A stretch of 37,437 bases of DNA, taken from the IMG/VR virus record IMGVR_UViG_3300013290_000001; one strand, 5' to 3'. The notes below the pieces were generated by a model. That model ran no database searches. It was not told where the DNA came from and was given only the letters and a program-made list of their open reading frames with translations. Made by a program: the position numbers and the translations under genes. Of the stretch, positions 1 to 8,239 are shown piece by piece. Position 1 is the first letter of the stretch; each line of letters opens with the position of its first letter. This DNA comes from a virus.

Positions 1-127
1 CCTCTCCCGCCACAACCACAATATTCGCGACCCAATCCGGATATGCTTTTATTACCACCAACGAAGAAACAATCTCTTTCGGGTTGGTTGTCACCGTCGC
101 TAGTTTAGCAATATCTCTGTGAAATGA
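1..127. repeat. Terminal direct repeat, copy 1 (identical to 37311..37437); the contig closes into a circle of about 37,310 bp
   Basis: Read directly. Both copies run cctctcccgccacaaccaca...atatctctgtgaaatga. An exact 127-nt identity at both contig ends looks like an assembler k-mer overlap. Confidence 0.9.
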
Positions 128-373
128 CTCTTCGATCTTTGCCTGCACCGCAGGGATCTCCTCTGCAGGCACTTCGGGGATAGACCGTAAAACCTCCACC
201 TTCTCGTAATCCGCCAGCAGACTCTCTGCAGCTTCCACGATTGGCTGCTCAGCAAAATCGACACTATTGATCACAACCCCATACACCAGCTCGCCATCCA
301 CCTCAACTGGTTGCGACTGGGTAACAAACTCGACCAGCTGGCCGAACTCGGGTATTTCTTGATACTTTGGCAT
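1..373 (-). CDS. N-terminal part of a junction-spanning CDS (271 aa in total, continues into 37310..36868); CBM5/12-like carbohydrate-binding repeat protein
   Basis: ATG at 373-371 is preceded by GAGAGGAG. My translation MPKYQEIPEFGQLVEFVTQSQPVEVDGELVYGVV...HRDIAKLATVTTNPKEIVSS stays open to base 1. It is in frame (279 nt upstream) with tracked ORF 36868..37404 once the duplicate end is collapsed. It overlaps the RT 3' end by 71 nt; an alternative GTG start lies at 301. Confidence 0.6.
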   Translation of the reverse strand, partial: MPKYQEIPEFGQLVEFVTQSQPVEVDGELVYGVVINSVDFAEQPIVEAAESLLADYEKVEVLRSIPEVPAEEIPAVQAKIEESFHRDIAKLATVTTNPKEIVSSLVVIKAYPDWVANIVVVAGE

Positions 374-1400
374 GATTTCTTATCACTCCTCTCGCCTGCG
401 TCAGGCTTACTATTCCTCTTACATATTTTCTGTAGAACTTAAAACTATCCGAGCGCTTGATCCATCCCCAATAAGACACGATCGCGCACGCATCCAGGTA
501 GCTCATGCTTTTCTTTTTCGCGATCTTTGCCATACGTCTGCGGATTCGCAATGAGTTTGCTTTTCGAAGCGTGGTCCTGTTTCGATAAAACTTCAATCCG
601 AGAAAATCAATGAAGCGTTTTGAAACCAGAAAAACCTGCCAGTTTTTCTTTAATCGCAGATTTTTATGATTCAAAAACTGTTCAATCTCTTTTCTTACCT
701 GATGAAGTCTTCTTTTATTACCACCCAAAATAACCAGGTCATCCACATATCGAATGTAATTCTTTACTCCTAACTTTTCTTTAATAAAATGATCCAGATC
801 CTGCAGGAAGAAATTGGAAAACCATTGGCTGGTATAGTTTCCGATCGGGAGCCCTGAATCTGTACTTTCAATAATCGTATTCACCAGCCATAAACAGTCC
901 CTGTCTTTAATAATCTTCCTAAACATCTTTTTCAACAAATCCTGATCAATGGATGGATAGAATTTTTCAATATCCATTTTCAGGCAATATTTAGTGCCCT
1001 TGTAATCGGTATCCAGTGCTTTCCTTAAAACCTTCTGGCCGTACGTCGTTCCTCTTCCGGGAACGCTGCCGCAGGTATAGGCATACATACCACGCATCAT
1101 CACCGGTTCCAGTACAAGCATCAATGCCCAGTGGATGATCTGATCCGGATAAAATCTCGGTTTGTAAATCACACGTTCTTTTTTGTGCGCCCCATCATAG
1201 ATTTTTTTCACGCTGTACGGCGACGGAACATACGTTTTTTCAACCAGCATTTTTTGTATTTCATGCGAAAAATATTCTATGTTATCCAGGACCTCTTTCA
1301 CGTGTTTGCGATCACGTTTTCCTAACGAGGCTTTCAACATGGCTGTTTTAATTGTTTGAATGTCGACAATTTTTGGGTAAAGGTATCCATAACGTTTCAT
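303..1400 (-). CDS. DGR-type reverse transcriptase (365 aa)
   Basis: Tracked ORF 303..1586 trimmed to the internal ATG at 1400 (MKRYGYLYPKIVD...). The upstream 62 codons are the template repeat read in frame. RT motifs: LKMDIEKFYPSI, LPIGNYTSQWFSNFFL (DGR-type IGxxxSQ) and IRYVDDLVILG (YxDD). It lies next to a TR/VR pair. Confidence 0.93.
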   Translation of the reverse strand: MKRYGYLYPKIVDIQTIKTAMLKASLGKRDRKHVKEVLDNIEYFSHEIQKMLVEKTYVPSPYSVKKIYDGAHKKERVIYKPRFYPDQIIHWALMLVLEPVMMRGMYAYTCGSVPGRGTTYGQKVLRKALDTDYKGTKYCLKMDIEKFYPSIDQDLLKKMFRKIIKDRDCLWLVNTIIESTDSGLPIGNYTSQWFSNFFLQDLDHFIKEKLGVKNYIRYVDDLVILGGNKRRLHQVRKEIEQFLNHKNLRLKKNWQVFLVSKRFIDFLGLKFYRNRTTLRKANSLRIRRRMAKIAKKKSMSYLDACAIVSYWGWIKRSDSFKFYRKYVRGIVSLTQARGVIRNHAKVSRNTRVRPAGRVCYPVATS

Positions 1401-1520
1401 AGTTTTCTCATTAGCCTCAAGGTTTTTCAATAATGACTTACTAGAGCCTGCTCTTTGCGGCCTGATTTTTGCCAAGTGGCATGGAAGATAGAGTGCAGAT
1501 TTTACAGAAATTCTACTAAT

Positions 1521-1631
1521 GAAAAGGCGACCACCGATATTCACGTTCGTGTTCGCGGAAGAATTATTCAGATTCCAATTCCACAAACCGGCATTCCCAC
1601 TGTTATTCCAGTTCCCGCCGACGATGGCAAT
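1521..1631 (-). repeat. DGR template repeat (TR)
   Basis: Aligns without gaps to 1774..1884 at a constant offset of 253 nt. Of 15 mismatches, 14 are at plus-strand T (A on the sense strand). The sense strand encodes 11 AAY codons (..GGNWNNSGNAGLWNWNLNNSSANTNVNIGGRLF). Confidence 0.9.
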
Positions 1632-1737
1632 CGCGCACCCTAAATCCCAAAAATTTTTTATATCAACCTCTCTCTCTTTTTTTCTTTTAATCTTTTTCTT
1701 TTCTTAAAACCTAGCCCCTAAAACCTCACAACTCATT

Positions 1738-1751
1738 GGGGGGAAGCCCCC
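1738..1751 (-). other. GC hairpin just downstream of the VR/target stop codon (candidate DGR target-recognition hairpin)
   Basis: Plus strand gggggg-aag-ccccc. On the sense strand GGGGGCTTCCCCC begins 8 nt after the TAG at 1761-1759. Confidence 0.5.
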
Positions 1752-1758
1752 AAACCCC

Positions 1759-3120
1759 CTAAAGAGCTTTTTTGAGAAGGCGACCACCGAAATTCACGTT
1801 CGCGGTCGCGGAAGAATAATACAGAAACCAATACCACAAACCGGCATACCAACCGTCACTCCAGCTCCCGCCGACGAAGGCAATTTTCTGCCCCGAAGAC
1901 TGATAATAATAATCTTTGTAGAAATTTGCGCTCACATCCACAGGCAATTCCACCATTGGGTTGGCTGGATCAAAACCCATGTATTTTACATAGTTGTTAG
2001 CATTTTTATTAACATATCCGATCTGCTCATACGGTGCTGCAAAAACATTGCTGGCATAATCATCGGCGTCTTTGCAAAACCAACCCTGGTAATCGTTGAT
2101 ATTGTATCCATCCACAAACTGCCAGACATTTCCATATAGGTTTTCAATGCCCCTGTAATGAAATGGATTTTTACCATTCGTATTATGCGCCAGAGATCCA
2201 CTACTCGCGGAAATTCCAGAACTGAAACCAGATTTCCAGCCAACATTATAGAGATAATTTCCCGTAGATGCGTTGAACGCTGCCCCATCAACCGTGATTG
2301 TCGTGCTTCCAGCTCCTGGAGTGTCCACATCAATTTGCGTGATTTTGCGACCATAAAATATTTGATTACCACCCTGACTTGTACCAAGACCAACCGGTTG
2401 GCCAACCGCAAATTTTGCACCCGTCACATTTGACACAACAATCGTATTTGCTGCCGCCGTGTCTGCTGTCAATAATTCAGTCGCTGTGTAAATACCACTC
2501 GTCCACCCAGCCATGATCGCCTGGCTATCCAAAGTTGCAAACTCAATCGTAAACAAAACCTGCAACATATCATAAACATGGATATCCAATTGCTGATAAC
2601 CATTCAGCCCACCGGTATTATTCGCCTCTGCGTAATCCCTGAAATTTACAATATTTTTATTAATCAATGGATACTGATTCGCAGCGCTCTTCAACTTTCC
2701 ACCGCTTTCGCTGGCCACATACTTCCCAACATCCACATAAGCCAGCTCTGCACCCGTCGTAAAATTGATAAAACACCACGGCAAATAACTGCCAGGCATT
2801 CGCTGCTTACAAATCTGCCAGGTCTTCAACGTGGGCGAGTCCGTCTTCCGGATGTAAAACTTCGGGATCCGGATGAACACATTCCCATCCGCGTCCGTCT
2901 CCTCCGTGAACTCGCTGAAAATCTCCGCAGTGTCAAAATCATTCGTTGCCGCGCCAGCATCCACCCCGGCCTCAGCGGTAAAACCAACCGCGCCATTCGT
3001 GCGAGTCAAAGCCACATCCGCCTTCGTCCAGCTCACGCCATAAATCGCAGCGCCTTTGAAAGTCGTCATCGCCAGGTCAATCTCTTTTCCCGGCACCAAC
3101 AATGTATTCATCCGTCCCAT
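1759..3120 (-). CDS. DGR target protein: tail-fibre/receptor-binding-like protein with a C-terminal FGE-sulfatase/C-type-lectin-like variable domain
   Basis: RBS GGAAGAGGAGAGATT precedes ATG 3120. The C-terminus GIENLYGNVWQFVDG...GGSWSDGWYAGLWYWFLYYSSATANVNFGGRLLKKAL resembles DGR variable proteins. It contains the VR and follows the tail-fibre genes. Confidence 0.88.
   Translation of the reverse strand: MGRMNTLLVPGKEIDLAMTTFKGAAIYGVSWTKADVALTRTNGAVGFTAEAGVDAGAATNDFDTAEIFSEFTEETDADGNVFIRIPKFYIRKTDSPTLKTWQICKQRMPGSYLPWCFINFTTGAELAYVDVGKYVASESGGKLKSAANQYPLINKNIVNFRDYAEANNTGGLNGYQQLDIHVYDMLQVLFTIEFATLDSQAIMAGWTSGIYTATELLTADTAAANTIVVSNVTGAKFAVGQPVGLGTSQGGNQIFYGRKITQIDVDTPGAGSTTITVDGAAFNASTGNYLYNVGWKSGFSSGISASSGSLAHNTNGKNPFHYRGIENLYGNVWQFVDGYNINDYQGWFCKDADDYASNVFAAPYEQIGYVNKNANNYVKYMGFDPANPMVELPVDVSANFYKDYYYQSSGQKIAFVGGSWSDGWYAGLWYWFLYYSSATANVNFGGRLLKKAL
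1774..1884 (-). repeat. DGR variable repeat (VR), the last ~37 codons of the target gene
   Basis: Counterpart of the TR. TR adenines are replaced by C, G or T. It encodes IAFVGGSWSDGWYAGLWYWFLYYSSATANVNFGGRLL. Confidence 0.9.
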
Positions 3121-3134
3121 AATCTCTCCTCTTC

Positions 3135-3204
3135 CCCGGTCGCCTGTTCCCGGTCTCCCGTCTTTTCTTTTCCTACCAGCTACGAGCTACCAGCTATGAG
3201 CTAT
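3135..3204. repeat. Intergenic heptanucleotide array (10 units in one register)
   Basis: cccggtc gcctgtt cccggtc tcccgtc ttttctt ttcctac cagctac gagctac cagctat gagctat. The last unit contains the stop codon (3201-3203) of the upstream gene. Confidence 0.8.
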
Positions 3205-3563
3205 CCTTTAAGAATTAAACTAAAACTCTGCGCTGCCGTCTGATTCTCACTCACCACAGTTCCCACACCCACACTGCGCAACTTCACCCACCGCGCTGCA
3301 AACAACTCATCCGGCAATTTCCTTGCCTCAGCTGCGGTTGTGGATAATCCGGAGATCTTCACGGCTGTTCCGGTCTCATCTTTCAGCGTGGTGAAGACCC
3401 CGTCTTCCTTTTCGCACACATCAAAAACAATATCCGCGGCGGTCCAGTCTTCACCATCATTCTTCAAAATCCCGCCAGCCATCTCGCGCAAATCAATCGC
3501 AGCACTCAACGCTGCCCCGGCTGCAATCGCCGCTTTTCTCACACCACTTTGTCTCGTCAACAT
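3201..3563 (-). CDS. Hypothetical protein (120 aa), tail-module position
   Basis: Strong RBS CAGGAGGATTATT before ATG 3563; TAG stop lies inside the heptad array. No recognisable motif. Confidence 0.7.
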   Translation of the reverse strand: MLTRQSGVRKAAIAAGAALSAAIDLREMAGGILKNDGEDWTAADIVFDVCEKEDGVFTTLKDETGTAVKISGLSTTAAEARKLPDELFAARWVKLRSVGVGTVVSENQTAAQSFSLILKG

Positions 3564-3584
3564 AATAATCCTCCTGAAAATTTT

Positions 3585-4520
3585 CTAAGCTATCAGTCCC
3601 AGGGACTGCAGTTTACTTTCCAATTCATCCATCCGTGTTTGCAAATTCGCGATAGCACTCAAAACACTCAATCCCTCATCCAGCGTAACAAACCCGAACC
3701 CACTCACATCCACCAGATCCTGAATCGCATAATCCGGAGTGCCAGGTGCGCTGTGGGTGATTGTTGTTTCCTGCGCGGTCAGAGCAGTCGGCTGCACCAC
3801 TGGAGTGGCATTGAAAAACGCCAGCTTCTGGGTGGTCGCGGTACCAATCTTCGTACCCGTTGTCGTTCCCAAAATAATATTTACATCACTCAATTCCTGA
3901 TTGGCTGTAAAAACGTTCGCCACAGCCAATAATGCTGCGGTCCCGGTCGCTGGAACTGTTAATGTAAAGCCACCGGTTGCAACCGTTCCACCACCAGTCA
4001 AAGTTCCAACCAGCGAATAACCAGCTGGGAACTTCCCGGCAATCCATCTGGTATTGGCGTTGTCGTACACCAAAAAAGCGATCTCATAATTAGTATCCAG
4101 GGTGATATCCTTCGCACCCACACAGTAAATATTCCCGGTCGCATGCTTGATAACCACATTCCGGCCATCATTCACACTCTGCAAAAACAAAATCAACCCG
4201 GCCGCTCCGGTATTGATCGTATCCAGATCATCACTCGCTGCGCTGGATTGTGTGTCCACCTTGTGATAATTCCCGGTGATCGTAATCACTCCGGAAGAAA
4301 TCGTAAGTGTCGATCCGGGACCACCCTTCACGTACCCGGCATTATTCATTGCATTCGCCAACCTTGTCACCAGATCCGTCGCACTTCCAGCGGGATCCGT
4401 CCCCAACTCGATTTCTATCGCTTCAACAGCGGTTTGTATATCATTTACATGTGCTGCCAAAACTTCATCAACACCATCAACTTTTGTTGTAAAACTATCT
4501 AAACTCGCAGGATACGCCAT
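3585..4520 (-). CDS. Tail fibre-like protein
   Basis: The N-terminus MAYPASLDSFTTKVDGVDEVLAAHVNDIQTAVEAIEIELGTDPAG is the common phage tail-fibre N-terminal pattern. Gly/Thr-rich middle, C-terminal coiled segment. Purine-rich RBS GAGAGGAAAAGAGA. Confidence 0.7.
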   Translation of the reverse strand: MAYPASLDSFTTKVDGVDEVLAAHVNDIQTAVEAIEIELGTDPAGSATDLVTRLANAMNNAGYVKGGPGSTLTISSGVITITGNYHKVDTQSSAASDDLDTINTGAAGLILFLQSVNDGRNVVIKHATGNIYCVGAKDITLDTNYEIAFLVYDNANTRWIAGKFPAGYSLVGTLTGGGTVATGGFTLTVPATGTAALLAVANVFTANQELSDVNIILGTTTGTKIGTATTQKLAFFNATPVVQPTALTAQETTITHSAPGTPDYAIQDLVDVSGFGFVTLDEGLSVLSAIANLQTRMDELESKLQSLGLIA

Positions 4521-4541
4521 TCTCTTTTCCTCTCTTCGTAA

Positions 4542-4577
4542 GGGTAAAGCATTTTATATCTTCAAAATGCTTTACCC
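4542..4577. repeat. 5'-UTR hairpin element, copy 1 (14-bp perfect stem)
   Basis: gggtaaagcatttt-atatcttc-aaaatgctttaccc with shared flanks tcctctcttcgtaa / actcaatcctcaaac. It lies between the stop at 4587 and the start at 4520. Confidence 0.8.
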
Positions 4578-4586
4578 ACTCAATCC

Positions 4587-7070
4587 TCAAACTTCACAAA
4601 TATTTGAAATATAAACATCATAAATTGTCAGCTGCATTGTGCTTGTCGGGTTCAAATCCCAACCCTTTATCTCAACATTGTCCAGGTACTGCCATTTATT
4701 CCACATGGAGTTCACATCAAACTGCCAGCACCTCACTTGTTTTCCATAATTTCCAGCTCCACAGCTTTTTGTCAGCCACGCATCCCCAATCGTCCCGGCA
4801 TATTCCCAGGTGCCATCCGTATAAAGCGTTCCAAATCCGATCCAGGCATTTCCACCATGATCCACATATCCCTTAATGTATGCACCAGCCTGCCCATACA
4901 CCGGAAAATTCGGGAAATAACACCACAGATTATGCACATCAAAACCAATCTGCTCGAGCGGATCAGCATTCACGCCCAAACGGCCATAATAAGACCAGTT
5001 TGCAGGTGCAAATGGTGATCGATACGATGCAGGACCATACGGAGATCCAACCGGGTACGTAGCCAGATTCTGCGGAGCGCAAATCCATCCCTCTGGGCCA
5101 CCACTAAAATCAAACGTATGTCCAATATTGAAATTAAATTCAGGGCTTACAATCGTCTTGACCTTTATTCCACCAATTACCGTACCAACGGCTGGGGCAA
5201 ACTTTGCAGTGATCCATTCTCCGGATGTAACCACCTCAGAAGCCTGAAATAATTCAGCCCCGGTACTGTCAACCGCCCAAATTTCATAAAAACCGGTAGC
5301 TTCCGTCATATACCACTTCCCGGCAACCCAAATCGTCCTCCGAGATCGAATAGTCACCGTTGTCGGGTAAGTAGAGCTGGCCATTCTCACAACCGTGCTC
5401 ACTGGAAAAATGTAATATTTTTGAACCGTCGGAGAAGAAATCAGATCCTTCGAACCGCTGAATATTGAAAAAGGTCCATTCGGCGCAGCATTCGGATCAG
5501 CAATACAATCTACCGGAACATCAATGGGCTCAGGGAATCCGGATCCACTGCCATCACCCGGTAATGTCGGAACTTCAGGCAATCCAGGATCATACGGATC
5601 ATCACTGATCGACGTCGTATCATAAATCAAGGGAGTCAGCGTCAAAATTGTCTGAACACTTTGTCCGCCTTCCTTCAACCAGCGTAGCTCAATTGAACCA
5701 ATATAAAAGGTATTCATAATGCCTAACGTAGTTGAGGTAAACGCCACCTTATCAAGCAAATCAAAATCAAATTGAATATCAGGTCTACCTTGAATGATGA
5801 TTTTCGGCGCTTTGCTCGGGTCCTTTAATTCGTTTTTGATAATTTTAGCAAAAGCCTCAGCATGGTTGATGTTCTGCAAATATTCAGAATCCAGAATAAA
5901 ACGTCTGTTTCCATATGCAGCCCGCGAGTTAGTATCACTCGCATTGAATTTTACAGCCCTGGTTACATATTCACGCCCCTTCAAATCCACTGAGGTAATA
6001 TACCCGTTGATTGGTGTCGCAACCGAAATCGTGATCGATTTCGTAGTGAGCGAATATGTGTAATCAATCACATTCGTGATCCAGATTCCGCTATTATCCG
6101 CTTTGGTGTTCGCCTGCAATCCCTCAAATGTGACATCAATATATTCCCTGTCCAGTTCTAATGTAAACGTGCGCCAGGTTGTAGAAGGCAACTCAATCTT
6201 GAATGGGCTCGGTAATGCGAGAATCGACTTCAATTCTCCCTTGAATGGTTTGTTCGCGATACACGTTACCTCATTACGCACATTTTCCCAGGGCATACTT
6301 ACCAAAATATTTTTCAATGTATCAGTCTGGTCCAGTGTATGAGTGTGTTGCGAGTTGTGCGATCTGGAAAAAAAGCAAAACCGGCCGTGCTTATTCACAA
6401 ACACATTCCCCAGTGAGGCAGTGGCTAATTTCTGCAATGTCCTGGCTGCATTCTCCTGATCTGGTGCCCAGCGAACGATCGGCTGGGTATCCGTATCTAT
6501 CGATCTCCCTCCGGAATAATCGGAATCATCCAGAACGGAATGAATACAATTTGAGATCGTCGTCCGGTAAATCGGTGTATCAACACCAATATCCCCCTCA
6601 GTCAGCAATTTCCACCCATCCACAAGGTCGATGTACATATTCTTACGGTCGTCATTCACCGGTCGAATATTTTCAATGAAACCAGTCATCAAAACAAAAG
6701 ATTCACCTGTGGAATTGTAGCGCACCGATAATTGCGCTCGTCTTCCGGGAACTACATTTGGGTACAAAGGGCTGCTGGCGTTGTAAGGGTCATAGCGACG
6801 ATCAGAATTATCCATCCGCAAAATGGCCTTCCCCATCTGCATCCGTTCAAAGTCATTTCCACCCTGCGCAACGTAATGATCACGGCCACGACGAAAACTC
6901 ACCAGCTCGTGCAGCCACTGCGCTTCATTCACTCCCTCATACGTGCCATCATTATTCCAGTCAACCAGCAAAATCCAGGTGCACTCACTATTCGCATCCG
7001 GCATTGATACCGCGGATCCAGACCCATACAGCGTGGTTGAGGTGTATTTGAAATCTCCATACTTGGCCAT
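4587..7070 (-). CDS. Distal tail/baseplate protein (Dit-like N-terminus with a long C-terminal extension)
   Basis: 827 aa immediately after the tape measure gene (TAATG overlap at 7070). The N-terminal ~200 aa resemble siphovirus distal tail proteins. Function inferred mainly from position. Confidence 0.65.
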   Translation of the reverse strand: MAKYGDFKYTSTTLYGSGSAVSMPDANSECTWILLVDWNNDGTYEGVNEAQWLHELVSFRRGRDHYVAQGGNDFERMQMGKAILRMDNSDRRYDPYNASSPLYPNVVPGRRAQLSVRYNSTGESFVLMTGFIENIRPVNDDRKNMYIDLVDGWKLLTEGDIGVDTPIYRTTISNCIHSVLDDSDYSGGRSIDTDTQPIVRWAPDQENAARTLQKLATASLGNVFVNKHGRFCFFSRSHNSQHTHTLDQTDTLKNILVSMPWENVRNEVTCIANKPFKGELKSILALPSPFKIELPSTTWRTFTLELDREYIDVTFEGLQANTKADNSGIWITNVIDYTYSLTTKSITISVATPINGYITSVDLKGREYVTRAVKFNASDTNSRAAYGNRRFILDSEYLQNINHAEAFAKIIKNELKDPSKAPKIIIQGRPDIQFDFDLLDKVAFTSTTLGIMNTFYIGSIELRWLKEGGQSVQTILTLTPLIYDTTSISDDPYDPGLPEVPTLPGDGSGSGFPEPIDVPVDCIADPNAAPNGPFSIFSGSKDLISSPTVQKYYIFPVSTVVRMASSTYPTTVTIRSRRTIWVAGKWYMTEATGFYEIWAVDSTGAELFQASEVVTSGEWITAKFAPAVGTVIGGIKVKTIVSPEFNFNIGHTFDFSGGPEGWICAPQNLATYPVGSPYGPASYRSPFAPANWSYYGRLGVNADPLEQIGFDVHNLWCYFPNFPVYGQAGAYIKGYVDHGGNAWIGFGTLYTDGTWEYAGTIGDAWLTKSCGAGNYGKQVRCWQFDVNSMWNKWQYLDNVEIKGWDLNPTSTMQLTIYDVYISNICEV

Positions 7071-8239
7071 TACATCCCACCAGCTCCCTGAATTTGCCGC
7101 ATCGCGTCATAAATCACCGGCGTCAAACGCTGTGTCAGTTCGTCTGTAGTGCCAACAATTCCATCTGAATAAACGTTGATAGTCACGCTGCCACCACCCC
7201 CGCCACCACCAGGAACAATATAACCAGGTACTGAAGGCACAAATCTTTCTTTCGTCCGTTCTCCAACATCGTACTCATATCCTGGGAAAACAGGCCCGCC
7301 ACCAGCTCGCCCACCACCGGTTGCTGCCCCATCAGGCGGAGAAGGAATAATAAATTCTTGAAAAACATTTTTCAAACCAACCACAACGGTTTGTACAGCA
7401 CTCAAAATACCAGCATAGCGCATCCAGCTTGCTTCACTGGTGCGAATTTCATCATTTGTATCTAAAATCGCAGTCATTAATTTTGTCCAACCGGGAATAA
7501 CTGTGCTCGCCCATTGATATTGAACTCGCATGGTTGCCTCCTCCATGCGGTCTTGTGCGGCTTTATATTCCATCACCGCTTCTTCTGATTTCCCGGTAAC
7601 AATCATCCACTCTTCAATTGAATCTGCATTATCTCGAATGGCTTCTGATCCTAACTCCATTATCCTTGCCATGTCCTGCCCGGCACGACCAAAGGATTCC
7701 AGTAAAAATTGCGATCTTGCAACAGGATCATCTAGCGCATTATATTGGTCGGCCAGATTGGCCAATCCTTCAATGGAAGGTGCTACACCATTTTGTGTCA
7801 TATACTTCAATGCCATCTCAACACTTTCTAACGGGATTCTCAAATCATCAGTAATCTGGAATAACTTACTCATTTCCTCTGTTGTGGTATTGGTATAAGC
7901 TGCCATGATAGAAATCTGATCTACATAATCAGAATAAATTTCTATTGAATATTTAGTGTATTCAATACCTCCCTTGATTGCTTTACCAAACAATTCCATT
8001 GCAGAAATTGGAATATTCATTCCCAAACCATTCATCAATTCAGTCGTAGAGCCAACATTCTTTCCCATAACGGTCATGCTCTCGTCCAGCTTACCAATGG
8101 TCGTCCTTGTCCCGGCCATCGTCTTCTCAATGTTGCTCAGACCCTTATCAAATTCTTTCAGTTCATCAATTGCATCATCCGTAACATTTCCACCTTCGCG
8201 GATCGTACGAACGATCATATCCAGGTTACTTTCTGCCAT
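7070..8239 (-). CDS. Tail tape measure protein (short, 389 aa)
   Basis: Follows the G/GT chaperone pair. Helical, Ala/Met/Glu-rich, with a Gly-rich C-terminus (PGGGGGGGSV). Confidence 0.75.
   Translation of the reverse strand: MAESNLDMIVRTIREGGNVTDDAIDELKEFDKGLSNIEKTMAGTRTTIGKLDESMTVMGKNVGSTTELMNGLGMNIPISAMELFGKAIKGGIEYTKYSIEIYSDYVDQISIMAAYTNTTTEEMSKLFQITDDLRIPLESVEMALKYMTQNGVAPSIEGLANLADQYNALDDPVARSQFLLESFGRAGQDMARIMELGSEAIRDNADSIEEWMIVTGKSEEAVMEYKAAQDRMEEATMRVQYQWASTVIPGWTKLMTAILDTNDEIRTSEASWMRYAGILSAVQTVVVGLKNVFQEFIIPSPPDGAATGGGRAGGGPVFPGYEYDVGERTKERFVPSVPGYIVPGGGGGGGSVTINVYSDGIVGTTDELTQRLTPVIYDAMRQIQGAGGM

Noticed and set aside
1-127. Terminal repeat as a biological direct terminal repeat or a mobile-element LTR
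   Set aside because: The exact 127-nt length, the break inside an otherwise continuous ORF and the absence of packaging genes nearby point to an assembly overlap. This cannot be fully excluded without the reads.
1401-1586. N-terminal 62 codons of the tracked 427-aa ORF 303..1586 (MWNWNLNNSSANTNVNIGGRLF...)
   Set aside because: This stretch is the DGR template repeat plus spacer, which happens to be open in frame. The conserved RT N-terminus starts at the ATG at 1400, and TRs are noncoding templates.
2578-3243. Plus-strand ORFs lying inside minus-strand genes (for example 2578..3243, 7956..8663, 9027..9572, 13608..14222, 19619..20299, 27073..27735, 28906..29901)
   Set aside because: These are antisense shadow ORFs. 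They have Arg/Ser/Pro/His-rich low-complexity translations, no RBS and no motifs. The opposite strand carries recognisable phage genes with RBSs and coupled junctions.
3201-3563. 120-aa ORF as the missing DGR accessory protein Avd
   Set aside because: The size fits, but the sequence is Ala/Gly/Thr/Val-rich with acidic patches rather than a basic helical bundle. It also lies upstream of the target gene, not next to the TR.
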